A DNA stretch of 64,000 nt. Source: an uncultured Chloroflexia bacterium. GTDB lineage: Bacteria; Chloroflexota; UBA6077; JACCZL01. Positions 10,015 to 20,692 of this stretch are shown here, piece by piece. Location: positions 32,001-96,000 of the forward strand of contig CAVXYC010000020.1 in NCBI GenBank assembly GCA_963765765.1, read 5' to 3'. How positions within the stretch are numbered: the stretch's first letter is position 1; each line of letters opens with the position of its first letter. The position numbers were made by a program, and so were the translations under genes. The notes below the pieces were generated by a model. That model ran no database searches and was not told the DNA's origin. It saw nothing but the letters and a program-made list of their open reading frames with translations.

Positions 10015-10947
10015 CTAGCTCTTCACCGTGCTCGGAACAAAGATCTCCTCAGGACTCACAGATCCGGAGATGATCTTCTGGTCGGCAGCGAACTTGATGA
10101 TCGCCTCGAGTGCCTTGCGGTTCGCTTCCACGCCGTAGGGCACGGGATCCGCGCCAACCAGGTCGCGTGAGGCGGCAAGCGTCTGCGCCTCAGGAGCGAG
10201 CTCGCCACTCGAATTCAGCGTGCCAAGGAATGCTTCTTTGGAGGCCTTGAAGGCGTTGTAGATCTCGTCAGCAACGCCCGGGTTCGCCTGAAGAACGGAG
10301 TTCTTGATTACGATCATGTGGTTGATCGGATAGATCCCCGTCTTCTTGTACCAGTCCGCGGCGGCCTGCTGAGCATTGGGAATCAATGGTTTCACATCCG
10401 GTGAATCAATCTTCCCGAGGCCGATACCCGCGGCGAGCTCGCCATTGGCCACCATGTCGGCCAGATTAGCTCCCTCGGGAGCCTTCTCCACGTTGCTGGG
10501 CGCTTTGTACTCGGCGACGTGCTCTTCGTCCGCGATAACGAGGGTGGTCTTGTCCCAGTCCACTCCGTACTCGCTGGCCAGGATGCCACGAGCCCACACG
10601 CCGGTGGTGACAGTGTATGCACGTACGCCTACCCTCTTGCCCGATAAATCCGACGGCTTCTCGACACCGGATTTCGTGTTGTACGACGTAGCGCCATGGT
10701 GCCAGGCCCGCACTGGGAACACTGGGATAGCCGTGAACTCCTTACCGTTTGCGCGTGCACAGAGATAGGTCGTGATCGCCATCTCGCAAACGTCGAACTC
10801 GAGCGTTCGAACCATGCGGCGGAACGCACCGATGATCGGTGCCACTTCGACAAAGTCCAGATCGATCCCGCTCGGCTTGACCGAGCCGTCTTTGAGAGCC
10901 GCGGTGTGCGGATACGTGGCGATTGCCGTTTTCAACGAGAGTGCCAT
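10015..10947 (-). CDS. 4,5-dihydroxyphthalate decarboxylase-like protein (periplasmic-binding-protein fold)
   Basis: FDVCEMAITTY, IPVFPVR, GVRAYTVTTGVWARGIL, GIYPINH. Confidence 0.8.
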   Translation of the reverse strand: MALSLKTAIATYPHTAALKDGSVKPSGIDLDFVEVAPIIGAFRRMVRTLEFDVCEMAITTYLCARANGKEFTAIPVFPVRAWHHGATSYNTKSGVEKPSDLSGKRVGVRAYTVTTGVWARGILASEYGVDWDKTTLVIADEEHVAEYKAPSNVEKAPEGANLADMVANGELAAGIGLGKIDSPDVKPLIPNAQQAAADWYKKTGIYPINHMIVIKNSVLQANPGVADEIYNAFKASKEAFLGTLNSSGELAPEAQTLAASRDLVGADPVPYGVEANRKALEAIIKFAADQKIISGSVSPEEIFVPSTVKS

Positions 10948-11034
10948 TGAAGCATGCCTCCAGAAAGTTCGCTGTTTAATCGGGGTCGGAGTCTAGGCGA
11001 ATCCAGGTAAGCCGTCAATCTACGCGGTAAGCCG

Positions 11035-12051
11035 TCAGCTGGGCGCGACCGTGATGCTGAGGACACCAGGCAGACCGCCCAATAACTGGTGGAACGATTC
11101 GGCACCGTCCTGACTCTGCCAGACGGCACCGTCAATCATCCCCGCGTAATAAGTGTCCGTCGACTCAACATCGCCAGTGAGCGCGCGTGGCACTCCAAAG
11201 TAGCCTTCGGGCAGACCCTCGCGCATCATCGTCCAGCTCTGGCCTTGATCTTCGCTGCGGATGAAGAACACGCCAGGATCCATTGGCTTCGACCACATAG
11301 CCGGCCCTAGCTTGGAGACGGCGCTTACGATGACCTGAGGGCGCGAGGGGTGAATCGCGATATCGGCAGGCGTGTAGCGGCAATCCACGATGCCGCCGTT
11401 CGACAGCGTCCAGCTATCACCGCGGTTCGTCGAGCGATACATTCCTTTTCCACCGGACGCGATGATCGTGGACTCGTTGTCCGGCATGATGGCCACGGCG
11501 TGACCATCGTGATCGAATCCTTCTGCGATCTGCTCCCAAGTTTCACCGCCATCCAGCGTCCGAACTGCCCAGCCTTCCTCGATTGCGCCGTAAATCAACT
11601 TCGGGTTGCCTGCGTGCAAGCTAATGGATTTCATGCGGCTGATGTGCGGCGGAACCGGCCCGGTCCACTCGCGAGTCGTGGGCAGGAAGTCGAGCTTGCG
11701 GAACTGCGTCCAGGTCTCACCATGGTCATCGCTGGCAAAGATAGCTGCCGGGCTGGTGCCTACGAACAACGTGCGGGTCACCGGGTGCTGCGCGATGCTC
11801 CAGACATCCTTATAGACGAGGCCGTTATTCAGCTCCTTCCAGCTCTTCCCGCGATCGTCGCTGCGAAAGAATCCTGCGCGCGTCGTGCCTGCATAGATCC
11901 GATTGGGATCGTCAATGTCGACAACCACGTTCGAGCGCATGGGCCCGGCGCCCTGGAAAGCCAGGAGTTCGGCCGAGTGGCCACTTCCGTTCGATGAGCC
12001 GACGAACAAGCCGTCGGTAGTTCCAATCAAGAGAGTGCTCGAGCTTGCCAT
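11035..12051 (-). CDS. BNR/Asp-box beta-propeller protein
   Basis: Repeated SxDxGxxW motifs; GAGGAGG RBS before ATG 12051. Confidence 0.85.
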   Translation of the reverse strand: MASSSTLLIGTTDGLFVGSSNGSGHSAELLAFQGAGPMRSNVVVDIDDPNRIYAGTTRAGFFRSDDRGKSWKELNNGLVYKDVWSIAQHPVTRTLFVGTSPAAIFASDDHGETWTQFRKLDFLPTTREWTGPVPPHISRMKSISLHAGNPKLIYGAIEEGWAVRTLDGGETWEQIAEGFDHDGHAVAIMPDNESTIIASGGKGMYRSTNRGDSWTLSNGGIVDCRYTPADIAIHPSRPQVIVSAVSKLGPAMWSKPMDPGVFFIRSEDQGQSWTMMREGLPEGYFGVPRALTGDVESTDTYYAGMIDGAVWQSQDGAESFHQLLGGLPGVLSITVAPS

Positions 12052-12420
12052 AGCGACCTCCTCAGGAGTTCGGGTTATTCGGACGGCGTGTACCAGCACG
12101 GCGCATAGGCCGAAGACTTCCGGAAGCAACTATGGTCCGCGGAGGCCCGAGTGTCAAGCGATGCCGATTGACTTTCTACGACGTCCGCACCTTCTTAAAG
12201 TCTCGGCTTGTCGAGGAGTTTGCCATCCCCACGTTCGCGGTACGGGACGATTTTTCCGAGAACTGGCTTGTTCGCGCGGGCCAATTGCTTTACGAAGCGA
12301 AACGATGGGGCCGCGACCGCGAGACAGGCTCGCTGCCTTCAGTCACTACCGCGGCCGCCTGCTGAGGCCGCGCACTCCTGACTGACTGCCAGAATAGCGG
12401 GCTGGTACCATGCTGGCACT

Positions 12421-13155
12421 ATGCTCGAAATATCATCGCGCCGGCCCCGTCAGTTCCTTTTCGCATTCAATACAGCGCTCGCAAGCGCGGCGCTTTTTGT
12501 CGCAACGATCGCTCATGCTCAGCCAACAGTCCCAGTCGCTGAGGACGAAGTCAGCGAGGGGGACACATCAAAGCCAAACGTCGCGCTTGTGCTCAATGTA
12601 GGAGCCGGATTTGAGCCTGGCCTCTCTATGCTCCAGGCGCTGTCCGATCGCAACCAGAAGCTCACATTCTTTGTGATGGGCTGGTGGGCCGAGCGACATC
12701 AGGACCAGCTTCAGCTCATCGCAGACGGCGGTCACGAAATAGCGAGCCACGGCCACTCCGTGTTTGAATTGACGAAAGTCTCCGACGCCGCGATACGAAA
12801 CGATCTGCAGGCCGCGGACGCCGCCATCAGCGCCGTGACTGGCAAGTCGACAAAGCCGCTCTGGTCACCATCTGCCGGCGACCGAAATGCGCGCGTGCGA
12901 GCCGTCGCCGCCTCCGAGGGCTATCGGCCGATCCTCTGGACGCTGGACAGCCTGGATTGGACATCCGATGCAACAGAGCAGAGTGTGTACACGCGGGTCA
13001 TGGAGCGCACCGGTAACGGCAGCATCGTGGTGATGCACTTCGATAGCCCCACCACCGTCCGTTCAACCGCGCTGGCTCTCCCAAGGATCATCGACGACCT
13101 GCGCGCGGGCGGGTACAAGATCATGACAGTGACGGAGCTGATGACTCAGCCTTGA
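12421..13155 (+). CDS. Secreted polysaccharide deacetylase (NodB/CE4) family protein with degenerate motifs
   Basis: TFFVMGWW, GHEIASHG, WTLDSLDW, GSIVVMH; signal peptide. Confidence 0.8.
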   Translation: MLEISSRRPRQFLFAFNTALASAALFVATIAHAQPTVPVAEDEVSEGDTSKPNVALVLNVGAGFEPGLSMLQALSDRNQKLTFFVMGWWAERHQDQLQLIADGGHEIASHGHSVFELTKVSDAAIRNDLQAADAAISAVTGKSTKPLWSPSAGDRNARVRAVAASEGYRPILWTLDSLDWTSDATEQSVYTRVMERTGNGSIVVMHFDSPTTVRSTALALPRIIDDLRAGGYKIMTVTELMTQP

Positions 13156-13185
13156 TTCTCGGGGTTGCGGGAGATCGGGAGGAAC

Positions 13186-13278
13186 CCCACCCCAGCCCTC
13201 CCCGCTGCGGCAGGCAGGGAGCGTGTTTAGGAAAACGAGAACCTGCCCTCCCTGCCGCAGCGGGGAGGGCTGGGTGGG
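13186..13278. repeat. REP-like doublet (CCCAGCCCTCCCC family)
   Basis: 24-bp perfect inverted repeat, 13191-13214 and 13251-13274. Confidence 0.85.
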
Positions 13279-13345
13279 TCGTCCTCTCGAACACCAGAAC
13301 CGCCTCTATCCTGAAACTTAGCCTTCCGTCGTATCATTTACTCTG

Positions 13346-14344
13346 ATGCTCAAGCTCTCTGTCCTGGACCAGTCGCCCATTGCGCGCGGCAAGACACCGG
13401 CCGAGGGTATCCAGGACACGCTCAGGCTCGCCGAAGCCGCGGATAAGCTTGGTTACCAACGGTACTGGCTAGCAGAGCATCACTCCAGCAAGCGACTGGC
13501 CAGCCCTTCGCCGGAGATCCTCATTGGTCAGGTCGCCGCGCGAACGTCCCGCCTGCGGGTGGGCTCCGGCGGTGTCATGCTCTCTCACTACAGCGCGCTG
13601 AAAGTCGCCGAATCGTTCCGCACGCTGGAGGCACTGTTCCCCGGCCGCATCGATCTTGGGATTGGGCGCGCGCCTGGCAGCGATCGACTCACCGCTCAGG
13701 CGCTGGCATCCGGTCCCGGCGCAATGAGCATCGAGTACTTCCCGAATCGGATTGCCGACCTGGTGCGCTTCATCCACGATGAGGTGGAACCAGAGCATCC
13801 CTTCGCCAATGTGCACGCCATGCCCACGGGTGAAACGTCCCCGGAGCTATGGCTGCTGGGCTCGAGCGCCGAAAGCGCCTCGTTCGCCGCGCATTTCGGG
13901 ACGGCATTCTCGTTCGCCCAGTTCATCACCGCCGAGGGTGGCCCCGCGGTAACCAGGGCCTATGCCCGCGCCTTCAAACCCTCCCAATATCTTGCTCAGC
14001 CCCTCGCCAACGTGGGCGTATTCGTCCTCTGCGCTGAGACTGAAGAGGAGGCCGCCGGATCTGAGCGCGCGCGCCAGCTTGCCCTGATCCGCCGATATAC
14101 CGGCCAGGACGGCGGCCCATATCCCAGTGTTGAAGAAGCCCTGAGCTATCAGCTCTCGGCACATGAGCTGGCGATACTGGAGCACGTGCGAAGCCGCACC
14201 ATTGCCGGAGTGCCCGAGGTGGTGCGAGCGAAACTCGAGGAGCTCGCCGCCGATTTCGAGGTCGATGAAGCAGTTGTCGTGACCGTGACAGCGGACTTTG
14301 AATCCCGCTTGCGCTCATATGAGCTTCTGGCAGCAAGCGTTTGA
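13346..14344 (+). CDS. LLM-class flavin-dependent oxidoreductase (luciferase-like)
   Basis: LSVLDQSP, WLAEHH, RVGSGGVML, RIDLGIGRAPG. Confidence 0.92.
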   Translation: MLKLSVLDQSPIARGKTPAEGIQDTLRLAEAADKLGYQRYWLAEHHSSKRLASPSPEILIGQVAARTSRLRVGSGGVMLSHYSALKVAESFRTLEALFPGRIDLGIGRAPGSDRLTAQALASGPGAMSIEYFPNRIADLVRFIHDEVEPEHPFANVHAMPTGETSPELWLLGSSAESASFAAHFGTAFSFAQFITAEGGPAVTRAYARAFKPSQYLAQPLANVGVFVLCAETEEEAAGSERARQLALIRRYTGQDGGPYPSVEEALSYQLSAHELAILEHVRSRTIAGVPEVVRAKLEELAADFEVDEAVVVTVTADFESRLRSYELLAASV

Positions 14345-14367
14345 GATGGTGTGAGGCGCAACCGATT

Positions 14368-15261
14368 ATGAAAGTTCGCATTGGCATTGGACTGGGCACG
14401 CAGAGCTTTCCCGTCGGACGGCTCTTTCCTGGAGCTGTGTCAGGAGATGGAGCGCATCGGCATCGATTCCATCTGGCTTTCGGAGCGCCTCACCGGACCG
14501 GCGTACGATCCGATCGTCAGCCTTTCATTTGTAGCGGGCGGGACGAAGAAGCTGAAGCTCGGCACCAGCGTGCTCGTTCTGCCGGGTCGGAACCCCGCGA
14601 TTCTCGCCAAAGAGCTCGCAACGCTCGATCGTCTCTCGAATGGTCGCATCATCCCAGCCATGGGTCTGGGCGTGGTGGATCCGATTGAGCACCAGGCCTT
14701 CCGTGTACAGCGAACCGAGAGATCTTCGATCTTCGACGAATCGCTACCGCTCCTACGTCGATTCTGGTCCGAAGATCACGTTACGCACCACGGGCAACAT
14801 TTCGACTTTGAGGACGTACCATCCAGCCGAAGCCGATTCAGCAGCTTCCAGACGTCTGGCTGGGCGGCATGGCTCCGAGCGAGCTACGCCGAACGGGCCG
14901 ATTGGGTGACGGCTGGCTGCCCAGCACGTGCACGCCCGCTGAAGCAGCCGCCGGTCGCGCGGCGATCGAGGAAGCCGCTGCCAACGCAGGCAGATCAATC
15001 GAACCGGAGCATTACGGCGCGAGCATCACTTATGTCGAAGATGAGATTCCAGACTACCTGGCCAAGCGCATCACCCGTCGACGCCCCGGAATCGATCCTC
15101 GGGAGCTCGTACCGATCGGGCTCAAGGAAACTCATGCGCTGATGGAGCGCTTCATCGACGTGGGCTTCACCAAGTTCGTGGTGCGACCTGCGAAGGAGCC
15201 GGAAAGCTGGACGCCTGAGCTCGAGCGCATCGCCGACCACCTCCTTACGCTGGAGAACTGA
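14368..15261 (+). CDS. LLM-class (possibly F420-dependent) oxidoreductase, split by two indels
   Basis: MKVRIG, DSIWLSER, LATLDRLSNGR, RRTGRLGDGWLP. Confidence 0.8.
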
Positions 15262-15386
15262 GGACAGGCACATGGCAGACGAATCACCGTCACAGGATGA
15301 ACTCCTCGGAAGTGGAATGCCAAGCTCCGCTGGGCGGGAAAGCGGCGCAGACCGCCGCAGTCCACAGCGCTTCACGCTGCCGCGAT

Positions 15387-16688
15387 CTAGCTCGACGCTC
15401 CCGGCACATGGTCCTCGAGCCTCGGACTCTCAACTCTCGGCGCACGCACGAACGGGATCAGGGCAATAGCAATGGCAACCATCACCGCCAGGAGTCCGAA
15501 TATCGCGCGTGGTCCATAGAGATCGGCGAGCCGCCCGGCCAGAATACTCGCCACCGGAGCCGCGATCGCGCCGCTCGCCGCTAGTGCTCCAGTTGCCGTG
15601 CCCATGTGTTGTCTCGGCACCAGATCGGCGAGGAGCGGCAGCGTCATTACCATGATGGCGGCGTTGCCGAACCCAGCGAACATGAATAGTGCTGCGCCCT
15701 CCGGAACAGTGGTGATGCCCAAACCGCCGAGTGCCACGCAGCCCATCACTGCGTAGCCAGCGCTCAGCACCCTGCGCTTGCCGAACCGATTCCCAAGCGC
15801 AGCCGCGGGGATGGCCAACGCCGTGGTCATGATGAGCATCAACGCCGGCAGCAGTTGTGCCTGTCCGACCGATGCCCCAAGGATATCCCGCGTATACACC
15901 GACACCAGCGGCAGCACCGCGTTCAGGCCCGACCAATACGCAAACTGCACGACGCAAAGCATTACGGCCCCGCTGTACCGCCGGGCCCCTTCGATGAGTC
16001 CGAGCCCCGTTTCCGATTCAACAACTGCGGACAGGCGGTCTGCTCGCCAGGCTTCAGGGTCAGGCTCCCGCACTCCGAAGACGGTCAGCAGCATGCCGAT
16101 AGACATCAGGACGCCGGCCAGCAAGAACGCCTCGTCGGGTACGCGGTCGGTCCAGAGCACGAAGCCCAGGAGCAGAATGGCCACCTGCCCAGACATGTCC
16201 ACGACCACGTTGAAACCTGAGAGCGTATTGCGATCTTCCGGGCTGGTGATGTCGGCCAGAAGCGCCTTATGCAGGTCGTCCATACTGTTGAAAGTGATGG
16301 TGAAGAGGAAGATGCTCGTGATCGCCGCGACCAATCCCGGTGCGGCATCTGGAAAGAGCCCAACCCCGATCGGAAGCCGCGAAATGTACGGTGTGGCAGC
16401 CAGCAGCACCGCGGAGCTCAATCCGCCTACCAGGATGAACGGTCGGCGCCTTCCGAGCCACCCAAGCCACAATCGATCAGACCACGTTCCCACCAGGGGA
16501 GAAACGAGCGCTCCTTCGAACGAACGCGTGTTCCCCATGAGCCCAAGGACCAGATACGAGCTCGTCAATCCGCTCAACCAGAGGGTGAGCGTGAAGTTAT
16601 TGAACGCACTGAATACCCCGATGCTGAAACTGGCGCCAAGATATGCGAGCCAGAGACGGCGACGGGCCGAATCTGTATCAGTCGTCAT
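15387..16688 (-). CDS. MFS transporter (MalT/SLC45-like)
   Basis: About 12 TM helices, GTWSDR...GRRRPFI, GRLADLYG. Confidence 0.9.
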   Translation of the reverse strand: MTTDTDSARRRLWLAYLGASFSIGVFSAFNNFTLTLWLSGLTSSYLVLGLMGNTRSFEGALVSPLVGTWSDRLWLGWLGRRRPFILVGGLSSAVLLAATPYISRLPIGVGLFPDAAPGLVAAITSIFLFTITFNSMDDLHKALLADITSPEDRNTLSGFNVVVDMSGQVAILLLGFVLWTDRVPDEAFLLAGVLMSIGMLLTVFGVREPDPEAWRADRLSAVVESETGLGLIEGARRYSGAVMLCVVQFAYWSGLNAVLPLVSVYTRDILGASVGQAQLLPALMLIMTTALAIPAAALGNRFGKRRVLSAGYAVMGCVALGGLGITTVPEGAALFMFAGFGNAAIMVMTLPLLADLVPRQHMGTATGALAASGAIAAPVASILAGRLADLYGPRAIFGLLAVMVAIAIALIPFVRAPRVESPRLEDHVPGASS

Positions 16689-16842
16689 CCGTCACCTTTC
16701 CGCCCAAGTTACTCGGAGCCAGATCGCGACCTCAGTTAGCAAGCTAATGACTGCTTCGACCCGAGTACAGCAATCAACGGCACAAGCATACTCAACGGAA
16801 GCCGCCCACATGATCGGGAGAATCGACATCCCGCCGGCGGCG

Positions 16843-16966
16843 CGACTGGGACCGCCGACATCCTGTCGGCTCGGGCCGGCCGGTGGACGGCACTGCCCGC
16901 TTAAATGTGAAGTTCTGAGGCGGCCCATTAGGGCCCGAGCCGACAGGATGTCGGCGGTCCCAGTCG
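16843..16966. repeat. REP-like doublet, perfect 35-bp inverted repeat
   Basis: CGACTGGGACCGCCGACATCCTGTCGGCTCGGGCC (16843-16877) and its reverse complement (16932-16966). Confidence 0.9.
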
Positions 16967-17194
16967 AACGGAGCCGTCAAGATCGGTCCATGCCACGATC
17001 CTCAACCGCATGTTCGTGCAGGCTTCGCCGTCCGATGTCCGTTGACGCTGAGTTGTCAGGGTGCTACTGTGCCGCCTGTCTGGCCACACGCGGTCGTCAT
17101 GTCACTCTCGTTTGACGCACCTATGTCCCTTGCAGTGAAAGTCTGGGTGATCGTCCAAGTGCTGGCGGAGCTATCCGTCGAGATTTGAGCTCCA

Positions 17195-18621
17195 ATGATC
17201 ACGAACACAAGCAAACAACGGCTCGAGCGGGCCATGCTCGATGGCTTGACGGGCACATCCCGAAAGTCCGAGCCGGCTCGGGGAAAGTCCGCGGCCGGAG
17301 GATGGATTTGGGGGGAGCCTGAGCATTACGACAGAGCTCTCGCGATGGACCCCATGCAGCTCACGGCGTTTCTGCAAAAGACGCAGCCGGAGATCCCTGA
17401 CCTTGAGATCGGAAGTCCATCGCTGCAATCGTTTCTCACGCTCCTCCAGGATGAGATCATCCGGCGCGGCGTGGTGGATGTCCTTCGACGCGGAGTGAAG
17501 GATGGCGCCCATCATCGGGACTTGTTCTTCGGCGTGCGCACATCCGCGGATCCACCATCGCCCCGACGCTTTACACAGAATCGGTTCAGCGTCATACCTG
17601 GGCTTCGCTACAGTGAGGACGAGTCCCGGCCCACCGTGGATGTCTGCCTTTTTGTGAATGGCCTGCCCATCGCCACGATCGAGCTCTCAGAACGATCCGC
17701 AGACGATGCGATTGAGCGATACAAGAACATTCCCGCAGCTCAGGAGCCGCTCTTCCAGCCCGGTCGTTGCATGGCTCATTTCGCCGTGGACGAGAAGCAG
17801 GCATACGTTTGCTCCGAGCTTCGCGGGGCCGATTCGAGATTCCAGACATTTAATCAGGGTTCAAGTGAAGGAGCTGGAAATTCTCCCAATCTCTTTGGGA
17901 TCGCCACAGAGTATCTCTGGCGAGACATCCTCACGCGACCGAGCATGGTTGACATGATCGAGAACTACGCGCAGATGTTCGAACCAGATGACGGGCTCAC
18001 TGTTGACTCGCGTGCGGCACCGATCTTCCCGCGATATCACCAGCTCGATGTCCTTCGCCGACTTCTCGCGGATGTAGAGAATCGCAACGTCGGTCAACGC
18101 TACCTGTTAGAACACTCGGACACCAATGGCACGTCGCATTCCATAGCCTGGCTCACCGGTCAGCTTATTGACGCACAGCAAGATAGCGTTCGCATCTTCG
18201 ACACTGTCTTCGTGCTGACGGATCGACCGTCCCTCGTCCGTCACGTCGGGGAATCGGTCCGTGGATTCTCTAGAGTCGGTGCTCAGGTACGGCCCGAGAT
18301 AGACGCATCGACGCAGATCCAGGCAGCCATCGAGAGCGGCGCGAGAATCATCATCGCCAACGTCGACCAGCTCCCAGCGATTCTGGATGAGATCGAGGCA
18401 CACCAGCGCGGTCGCAGATTCGCATTTGTCTTTGATGAGGCCTCACAGATGGGACTGAGGAGCAGATTAACGGGGCGTTAAGCGGACGTACGCCCCTACC
18501 GAATACGAGCACCTTTGTTTTCGCTCCGACCGCCAACGCCACTACGCTGGAGCTCTTTGGCCGGCCGTTCAACGATCGCGGCACCACAAAGTATTCCCCC
18601 TTCCACTCGTACATCGGATAG
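17195..18621 (+). CDS. Truncated, catalytically degenerate type I restriction HsdR-like protein, copy 1 (indel at ~18455)
   Basis: NRFSV, VNGLPIATIEL, AHFAVD, FPRYHQLDV; after the indel it reads EQINGALSGRTPLPNTSTFVFAPT...LELFG...PFHSYIG*. Confidence 0.8.
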
Positions 18622-18657
18622 TGTCGGCTAGCGAGTTGCGGATGTCGCCGGCAGCCA

Positions 18658-18786
18658 GGGCGGCCGATCATCTTGTCGGCCGGGCCCCTGAGGGCCGCCA
18701 TCGGGCACCACAGCTACGGTACGTTAATGGTACTTAGCCGGCGGCCCTTCGGAAGGGCCGGGCCGACAAGATATCGGCGGTCGCAG
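18658..18786. repeat. Degenerate second copy of the 16843-16966 doublet
   Basis: GGCCGATCATCTTGTCGGCCGGGCCC ... GGGCCGGGCCGACAAGATATCGGCGGTCGCAG. Confidence 0.7.
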
Positions 18787-18834
18787 TTCAGTCGGGTCGA
18801 CAGCACGTCGGCGGTCCAGCGCTATGATCTCCGA

Positions 18835-20371
18835 ATGACTACGTACGCCGGCGGGCCTCGATTAGAGCGCACCATCCTGCAAGCACTTACGGGCAAGCGG
18901 GTCGACGTGACGCGCGCCTCGCGCGACCGCATGGAGACATCGGGCGGATGGCGCTGGGGGCAACCCGAGGACTACGACCCGGAATTCGTACTGGATCCGA
19001 TCCAATTATGGGAGTTCCTGTCCACCACCCAGGTCACAAGCGAGCAGGAGCGACAGATCGTGGACCTCAGTCCAGGTAGCCCAACTCGTCAGGCGTTTCT
19101 CTCAGCGCTTCGCTGGGAGGTCTCCTACCGGGGCATTGCGGACGTGATGCGGCGCGGTATGTCCTACGGCCCGCTCAGCCTGACGTTGTTCTACGGTCTC
19201 TCCGGACCACCACCTCATGGATCGATGCGGCTGTTCCGCATGAACCGATTCAGCGTGACGCCGCGGCTCCCATATGGCCGGAGATGAGACTGGCGACCGC
19301 GTGGACCTTTGCTTCTTCCTCAACGGGCTGCCCCTCTTCACTGTCAAACTGGCGGACGGCTTAGAGATTGCAAATGAAGAGGCGGCGATCGACTGGTACA
19401 GAGAGATATCGCCAGGCTCGGCGAAACTCTTCGAGACAGGCCGTTGCCTGGCTCATTTCGCGGTTGATGATCAGCGAGTCTCCTACTGTGCCAATCTCGA
19501 TGAATCGGACTCGGTGTTTCATCCGTTCAACCAGGGGCTGAGTCAGCGCGCGGCCAACCGTCGGAAGCTCTTCGGTGTCCCAACAGAGTATCTCTGGCGG
19601 ACCATTCTTACTCGCCGAAGCGTGGTGGATCTCATTGAGAACTACGCTCTGATCGTGGCAACGGAGGATGCAACGACCGGCGCCGCGGGTCGAGCCGCGA
19701 TCTTCCCACGCTACCATCAGTTAGATGTTGTGCGTCGCCTTCTAGCGGACATCGACTACTACGGGGTTGGCCGCCGCTACCTGATTCAGCACTCGCAAGG
19801 AAGCGGGAAATCTCAGTCGATGATCTGGCTCATCAGTCAGATAATCGCGCTCGAGCTAGTTGATATGGCGATGTTCGGTACAGTCGTCATCGTGACAGAT
19901 CGGCCCTCATCAGATCATTGGCTTCTGGACTCGGTTCGACAATTCTCGCGAGTGAGCGCGATTGTCGACGCCAGAGAAATGAACACCGCGCACATTGAGG
20001 AGAATCTGGAAAGTCCCAACCGGATCATTCTCGTGAACGTGAAGGACTTCGCGTTTGTCCTGGACGAAATCAAGGTGCACTTTCACGGCTACGGCTACGC
20101 CATCGTCATTGATGAGACACAATCATCGACGCCCGAGAGCTCAACCTCTGATTCTGCTCACAATGATTCATCAATGGTCGCTCAGGGTCCCGACACCCTC
20201 GAAGACCAGGTCAACCGTGCCATGGCCGACCGCGACTATCTCCCGAACGCGAGCTACTTCGTCTTCAGCTCCACGCCAAACGGAAAAACGCTTGAGCTGT
20301 TCGGCAAGTCCTACAACGATCGCGGAACGATTAAATACCGGCCCTTCCACCAGTTCGGCCTCTCCGAGTAG
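18835..20371 (+). CDS. Truncated, catalytically degenerate HsdR-like protein, copy 2 (indel at ~19280)
   Basis: NRFSV, LNGLPLFTVKL, FPRYHQLDVV, HSQGSGKS, IDETQ, KTLELFG, PFHQFGLSE*. Confidence 0.8.
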
Positions 20372-20460
20372 CGGAACCGAGCCTTGAAGCTCCGAATTGA
20401 TTCCGCCTAGCCACCCGATGGCTAACAGCCCCGGAATGCGTTCGTGCTTCAACCCCCTCG

Positions 20461-20547
20461 TTGTCATCCTGAAGCGCAACGAGGATCACCCCCGCCGGAT
20501 TCCAGGACCCCGCGGAATAGATCCTTCGCTGCGCTTCAGGATGACAA
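20461..20547. repeat. GTCATCCTGA-family REP-like doublet
   Basis: TTGTCATCCTGAAGCGCAACGAGGATC ... GATCCTTCGCTGCGCTTCAGGATGACAA. Confidence 0.85.
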
Positions 20548-20692
20548 GATTCCGGATTCGTTCTTGCCATCACAATCATTGACACTACTAAGGGATGAGC
20601 GCCTCGGTCGATTCTTCTGACCTCCAAGCGCCGCCCGCAAAGGCGTTAAGTCAGGTCATTTGCCAGGCGTGATCCCGCGATAAGGTGAAGCC

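Noticed and set aside
12132-12365. Small ORF between the propeller and deacetylase genes
   Set aside because: No clear RBS or motif; it lies in a divergent promoter region and is unsupported.
15778-17115. 445-aa plus-strand ORF (and similar long ORFs at 1869-2567, 11350-11997, 59653-60744)
   Set aside because: Antisense shadows of real genes in GC-rich DNA, with no recognisable motifs.
17195-20371. Functional type I restriction-modification system
   Set aside because: No hsdM or hsdS, the catalytic motifs are altered and the second RecA domain is missing.
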